Assembly (NCBI GenBank): GCA_050287085.1
Contig: JBNKBE010000036.1
Coordinates: 1 to 39,205 of the forward strand
DNA length: 39,205 nt
From: Polyangiaceae bacterium
GTDB lineage: Bacteria > Myxococcota_A > Polyangia > Polyangiales > Polyangiaceae
Direction of reading: 5' to 3'
Shown here: positions 33,035 to 39,205 of the stretch, piece by piece
Layout: each line of letters starts with the position of its first letter
Position numbering within the stretch: position 1 is the first letter of the stretch
The notes under the pieces: model-generated
The model's input: only the letters and a program-made list of their open reading frames with translations
Told to the model about the DNA's origin: nothing
Databases searched by the model: none
Made by a program: the position numbers and the translations under genes

Positions 33035-34591
33035 GTGAGAGCCAAGCACAGCGTATTGTTTGTCGCGAGCGGGTTGGTCGCTGGAGTGTTCGGTTGCAAC
33101 AGCGGAGCCACCGAACCCGAGGTGCCACTCAGCCTCTATGGGGGGACTCAGCTCTCATGGGCAGAGTGTCCGGCCCAGCTCGGTGGCCCCTCGGTTCAAT
33201 GCACCCAGGCCCAGGTCCCCCTCGATTGGCACGAGCGCCGAACTGAATATACCTCCATCCTGCTTCGCAAGGTGCCAGCGCTTGGAAAGCCGCTCGGGAC
33301 ATTGTGGGCGCTCGACGGCGGCCCGGGCTTCGCGGGCGATGGCTTCCTGAACGAGACCATCATTGAACTGGCCCGCGACGCTGGGCTCGACCTAATGGTG
33401 CCAAGCCATCGCGGCACCATCGGCGCATCGGCGCTCAGCTGCGGCGCGCAGCAACCAGATTCGGAGGAAGGGGGGCGCATAACCCTGAGCGAATGGCCTA
33501 CTTGCCTTGCCGAACTCGAGAACAAATGGGGCAAAGGCTTGCCACAGTTCACGGTGCGGCAGGCAGCGCTCGATGTGGCCTACCTCATGGATCTTCTGTC
33601 CAGCGAAGCGAAGTCCTACGTCTTTGGAGGCAGCTACGGTACCCTTTGGGCGCACCGAGTCTTGCTCGATACCGATGCGCAACCAGACGCTGTTCTGCTC
33701 GATAGTATCGTTCCCATCGGCGCGACTCTCGAACGGGTCGACGCGCACGCGGATCAGGCAGCGGAGGCGGTTCTGAGCGCTTGCTCGGAGATCGCTTCTT
33801 GCGCCAAGCGTTTCGAAGGCGATCCGGTCTCGCTGGGGCGAGCTGCCATTTCAGCCTACGCTCAAGGAGAAGGTTGTGGGGGAGAAGACTTGTCCGGAGC
33901 AGCGATCCAGCAAGTGGTCCACGCTTTGCTCAATGGCTCACCCGATTCGTGGATCAAGCTGATCTCGCTTTTCGAACGGCTCGTGCGTTGTAACTCACAA
34001 GACGCCGAGAGCCTTCTCCGGCTACTGAACAACAAGCGCCCCTCGGCAGAAGAAGGCGATTCTCGAACCCTAGCTCCCGCCAAGTACAACGGGCTTCTCA
34101 ACCGACAGATTCTCTATCGCGAGCTGTTCCGTTTTGATGTCACAGAAGAGCAGAGGGCCGACTTCGAGGCCACGGCCCTAGCGCTAGGCACAAGCACTTC
34201 GCTCGTCCGGCAAGAAGCCTCAGCCTTCGGTCCCGGCTATCGAAGGGTTGACGAGCCAAAGCGCGCGACGAGTTCGGTGCCAACCTACCTGCTGAGCGGC
34301 CGCTTCGATCCATTGGATCCGCCACCGTGGGCCGCGGAGTTCACCCAATCGCTCACAAGCGGACGACTCACTCAAGTGCTGTGGGCCGGACACAGCACAC
34401 TGCGTTATCTCGGCTGGGCAGAAGGCGGATGCGGTAGACACGTCTTCTCCAGCTTCTTGTCGGGAGCCCCCGACTTCGACTGTGTGGCGGCTCAATCAAG
34501 AGTCGACCTGGGCATGGAAGAGCCGGAGACGCAGTCGATGATCGATGCTTGGTGGTCCGCGACCGAGCCGTCCCGGCAGAGCGCCGAGTAG
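33035..34591 (+). CDS. Alpha/beta hydrolase lipoprotein (TAP-like peptidase/esterase)
   Basis: Lipobox VFGC; VPLDW, GGPG, nucleophile elbow GGSYG, SGRFDP (Asp) and AGHS (His). Confidence 0.88.
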   Translation: MRAKHSVLFVASGLVAGVFGCNSGATEPEVPLSLYGGTQLSWAECPAQLGGPSVQCTQAQVPLDWHERRTEYTSILLRKVPALGKPLGTLWALDGGPGFAGDGFLNETIIELARDAGLDLMVPSHRGTIGASALSCGAQQPDSEEGGRITLSEWPTCLAELENKWGKGLPQFTVRQAALDVAYLMDLLSSEAKSYVFGGSYGTLWAHRVLLDTDAQPDAVLLDSIVPIGATLERVDAHADQAAEAVLSACSEIASCAKRFEGDPVSLGRAAISAYAQGEGCGGEDLSGAAIQQVVHALLNGSPDSWIKLISLFERLVRCNSQDAESLLRLLNNKRPSAEEGDSRTLAPAKYNGLLNRQILYRELFRFDVTEEQRADFEATALALGTSTSLVRQEASAFGPGYRRVDEPKRATSSVPTYLLSGRFDPLDPPPWAAEFTQSLTSGRLTQVLWAGHSTLRYLGWAEGGCGRHVFSSFLSGAPDFDCVAAQSRVDLGMEEPETQSMIDAWWSATEPSRQSAE

Positions 34592-34612
34592 CGCAGCCAC
34601 CCTTCGCGTCCC

Positions 34613-35656
34613 TCAGCGCGGTGCCAGCTTGGGCGCCTCTCCGGGGCCGGCGTAGTCGACCCAATAAGTCGCGTGCTCGCGCACATCCAAATGGACGAAG
34701 GTGGAGTTTGGGTAGTACCCAACCCCGACGTTCGGAAGCGTGCGCAGGAAGTCGCGCAAGACTTCGTTCGGGACTCCCGGGATCCGAAAATCCACGGCTC
34801 GCCCACTCTTGTGGCGGGAGTTCTTCACGAAGGAGGTAGTTCGATAGCCACTGATGATCCGCAAGGGCCGGCCGCCGAAGGTGTTGCTGACCTCCGCCAA
34901 CAGCTGGATGAGTCGCGCGTGGATCGGTTGTCGATTACTGGGAGCCGTCAGCACGTTGGATACAGCGGTCCTCGCTTGGCTCAGCACTTGACCATTCGAG
35001 CCGAGAACACGCCCTCGCCACTTCTCGGCATGACCGACCAGATGAAGGTAGTTGCGCTTGTCGGGTCGCTTGCTGAAGCGCCGCCAAGACCCCCCACTGC
35101 CACTTCCCGTCCGCGTTGAGCCGTCCTGAGCAAGACGCCACGCACGAGTCCGCGCTCCTGCCCGATCCCCGCGCGGAGGCACGAGCAACTTCTGTCCCGG
35201 GCGGATAGGCGCAGACGCCCTGATCCCATTGGCGAAACACAAGGCCTTCACGCTCACGTTGTAGCGCTTGGCTATCGAACCAAGACGCTGACCGCTGAAT
35301 ACCGTGTGGACGTGGGGCTTGCTCGTCAGCGGCGCGTCCGTTGGCTCGCGGGTCGAAGGCCCCTCCTGGGTTGACCAATGGCCTGCCAGGCGCCACGCCT
35401 TCGCCTCGCTACCGTCTCGATCCTGGCGAGTCGGGATCAGTAGTTGCTGCCCCGGTCGGATTGGATCCCGCCGGCGGATACCGTTGGCGTTGCACAGGGC
35501 TTCGATCGTCACATTGTAGCGCTTGGCTATCGAGCCCAGCCGCTGCCCGCTGTAGACCGTATGCTCGCGGCGCCCATCCTCCTCTGAACCATGGGCGTGA
35601 ACCAACAGTGGGGCGCCGAAAACGAACAAACATGCGCAGAGCAGAAGCCGGATCAT
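34613..35656 (-). CDS. 2xLysM + DUF882/YcbK (peptidase M15A-like) peptidoglycan hydrolase
   Basis: Signal peptide from ATG 35656; two LysM domains (HTVxSGQRLGSIAKRYNV); IISGYR, SRHKSGRAVD, GVGYYP and FVHLD zinc motifs. Confidence 0.88.
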   Translation of the reverse strand: MIRLLLCACLFVFGAPLLVHAHGSEEDGRREHTVYSGQRLGSIAKRYNVTIEALCNANGIRRRDPIRPGQQLLIPTRQDRDGSEAKAWRLAGHWSTQEGPSTREPTDAPLTSKPHVHTVFSGQRLGSIAKRYNVSVKALCFANGIRASAPIRPGQKLLVPPRGDRAGARTRAWRLAQDGSTRTGSGSGGSWRRFSKRPDKRNYLHLVGHAEKWRGRVLGSNGQVLSQARTAVSNVLTAPSNRQPIHARLIQLLAEVSNTFGGRPLRIISGYRTTSFVKNSRHKSGRAVDFRIPGVPNEVLRDFLRTLPNVGVGYYPNSTFVHLDVREHATYWVDYAGPGEAPKLAPR

Positions 35657-35717
35657 GGGGCGCGCAGCATGCCGAGTCACAGGCCCCACGTAAATTGCGT
35701 AAATTATGCCGAGCGCG

Positions 35718-36194
35718 CTACTCCGCGACGGGAATTGCCGTAGTACTGCGCACCTGCCGCAAGACGAAGCTCGAGTGCACGCCGCTGACGCCCTGCAACT
35801 TCGTGAGCTTCCCGAGCAGAAACTGCTCGTAGTGCTTCATGTCGCGGACGAGCACCTTGAGCACGAAGTCCGCCGCCTGCCCGGTGACAAGCGAACACTC
35901 GAGCACCTCGGGCATGTTCGCCACCGCTCGCTCAAAAGTCTCGAACCGCTCGGGAGTATGCCGGTCCATGGAAATGCTGATCAACACGCTCAGCTTGAGC
36001 CCCAGCATCTCCGGATCGAGCAATGTCACGTGACTCCGGATAATCGCCAGCTCTTCCAAGCGTTTCACACGCCTTGCGCACGGGGTGTCGGACAGGCCAA
36101 CCCGCGCCGCCAGGTCGTGATTGCTGATGCGCGCATCCTGCTGCAATACGCGCAAAATCTCGCGATCTATCTCATCCAGCTCGTATTCCATCAT
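35718..36194 (-). CDS. Lrp/AsnC family transcriptional regulator
   Basis: LDEIDREILRVLQQDARISN..LAARVGLS..PCARRVKRLE and PEVLECSLVTGQADF. Confidence 0.95.
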   Translation of the reverse strand: MMEYELDEIDREILRVLQQDARISNHDLAARVGLSDTPCARRVKRLEELAIIRSHVTLLDPEMLGLKLSVLISISMDRHTPERFETFERAVANMPEVLECSLVTGQAADFVLKVLVRDMKHYEQFLLGKLTKLQGVSGVHSSFVLRQVRSTTAIPVAE

Positions 36195-36252
36195 CGTGGT
36201 CTCCAGTATTAGCGGCAGTCACCAATATTGGCACCCACTCTGGCAGCATTTC

Positions 36253-37056
36253 CTACCCGACCTGCCGCGTCCCGCCCCGGGCAGGCATCGTCCCAAGGCA
36301 GAGGCTGCCCGACAGCTCGGGCCCTCGAACGTTACGCGCCGCTGCCGGAATGCGCAGAATGACGCAACTGCCCGCCCCTGGCACACTCACCACGTCGATA
36401 CTACCTCCGAGCCGTTCGACTTCCTGCAACACGGCGTTCAGCCCCACCCCTCGCCCCGATGTTTCGCTCACGGTCTCGCGCGTCGAAACGCTACGGGCAA
36501 AAAGCGCTCGCACCAGATCTTCATGTGCCTCCGCGGGCAGGTCGCGCAGAATGGCGCGCTCGCGGACGCGGGGCCAATCGATCCCCCGGCCGTCGTCCTG
36601 AATCTCGATACGGAACTCCCGGCCCTTTCGTCCCGCCCGCAGCTCGAGTGACGCGCGTGGCGCCTTGCCTGCCGCCGGGGGCTCTTCCGGCGTTTCCAGA
36701 CCGTGATCGACCACGTTGCGCACCACATGCACACTCCGGGTGGGTCGGCTGCCTCGATGACGTCTTCCACCTCGTGACAGCGCCGCGACAGAAGTGCAAA
36801 CCCATACATGGCCGGATTGCCCTTGAGCGTGTGAAGAGGTCCACGCAGCGCTGACAACGAGTTCTTGTTGGCCAGTATTTGCTCGACGATGTGCTCGCTT
36901 TCCTCAAAGAACCGACTCAGCCCCTCGCGATTGCGAACCAAGTGTTGACACAAGGCGAGCTCCTCCTTCTGTTCCGCCTCTTCGCGAGCTCGCTCCACCG
37001 CCTCGCTTTCGACTTTCGACGACGACAAGCACCCAGCTCGTAGCGTGCTCCTCCAT
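36253..37056 (-). pseudogene. Disrupted CheA-like Hpt-HATPase kinase
   Basis: The Hpt part (LHTLKGN..CHEVED) and the HATPase part (HVVRNVVDHGLE, DDGRGID, SGRGVGL) are in different frames and almost abut. A 7-bp duplication at 37007-37020 is a second frameshift. Confidence 0.8.
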
Positions 37057-37099
37057 CTTGCCCCCAACGTTTGGCTTCCGGAGACTTTGAGTCGAGCGC

Positions 37100-37495
37100 C
37101 TAGCGAACGCGCAAGCCGAGCGCGTGCTTCACCGTCGTAAGGAGGACCTCGGGCTTCGGCGGCTTGATGAGCCAGCCCGTAATGCCCACCGCGCGACCGT
37201 CCCTGAGTCGTTCACGGGTCGGATCCGACGTCAGTATCAAAATGGGAACGTTGACGTAGCCGCGCATCTTGCGAAGCTCTGTTGCCATCGCAACACCATC
37301 AAGCTCGGGCATGTTCAAATCGGTGATCACGAGATCGTAGGAATGCGCCTGTGCGTGCTTCAAGCCAGCAGCGCCGTCAGAAGCCTGGGTGAACTGGGCC
37401 GGGATTGCCCCTTCCAAGGCGTCCAGAACATGTCGCCTAGCTGCGGCCGAGTCATCGACCAACAGGATACTGAGTTGGCTCTCGCTTTCAGTCAT
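37100..37495 (-). CDS. Single-domain CheY-like response regulator
   Basis: ILLVDDS, LVITDLNMPELDG, ILILTS and WLIKP; phosphorylation residues intact. Confidence 0.92.
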   Translation of the reverse strand: MTESESQLSILLVDDSAAARRHVLDALEGAIPAQFTQASDGAAGLKHAQAHSYDLVITDLNMPELDGVAMATELRKMRGYVNVPILILTSDPTRERLRDGRAVGITGWLIKPPKPEVLLTTVKHALGLRVR

Positions 37496-37683
37496 CGGTC
37501 TCTTTGAACAAACGTCCTTTCGAAGCGAGAGCTAAACCCATCACGAAGAAAAGCCACGGGGCAGAACGAGCGGAGCTGGACGCTCAAGGCGGCGCGCCTC
37601 AACGCCTCGGGAGCGACCGCGCTTCGAGCCAAGCCCTCCCCCCCTAGACCCGAAACGAGGGCTCCGGAGCCGCCCACACGCCA

Positions 37684-39205
<1,522 letters not shown>

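Noticed and set aside
36253..37495. Functional chemotaxis operon
   Set aside because: No cheW, MCP, cheR or cheB, and the kinase gene is broken.

Overview
GC-rich window that looks myxobacterial (Polyangiales/Sorangiineae-like), inferred from its Ser/Thr kinases, FHA-sigma54 activator, TPR-PEGA protein, DUF1592/DUF1552 pair and many lipoproteins with Gly/Ala/Asp linkers. It holds about 28 CDS and 2 pseudogenes, with no rRNA, tRNA, CRISPR array or transposase recognised. The left part (1-16.3 kb) has secreted/lipoprotein genes, a methyltransferase-HxlR pair, an orphan asparagine-synthetase-like gene, a DUF1592-DUF1552-BNR propeller operon, a GFA remnant, an arylsulfate sulfotransferase and ilvA; tex follows. 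The most interesting part is a 13.4-kb signalling cluster (18.6-32.0 kb). It contains a five-gene operon with overlapping start/stop codons (barrel-TSP3-OmpA, HAMP adenylyl cyclase, LysM-FecR-FN3-barrel protein, Ser/Thr kinase with pseudo-receiver, short beta-barrel), transcribed divergently from an FHA-sigma54 activator. After that come back-to-back sigma54 promoters for a stand-alone pseudo-receiver and for a TPR-PEGA / Cys-repeat lipoprotein / membrane kinase operon. The right part has a catalytically degenerate orphan MntA-like gene, an alpha/beta hydrolase, a 2xLysM M15 peptidase, lrp, a broken cheA-like gene, a cheY-like gene and a 3'-partial leuA preceded by three Lrp-like boxes spaced 31-32 bp apart. 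All family calls come from motifs read by eye; no database searches were run.
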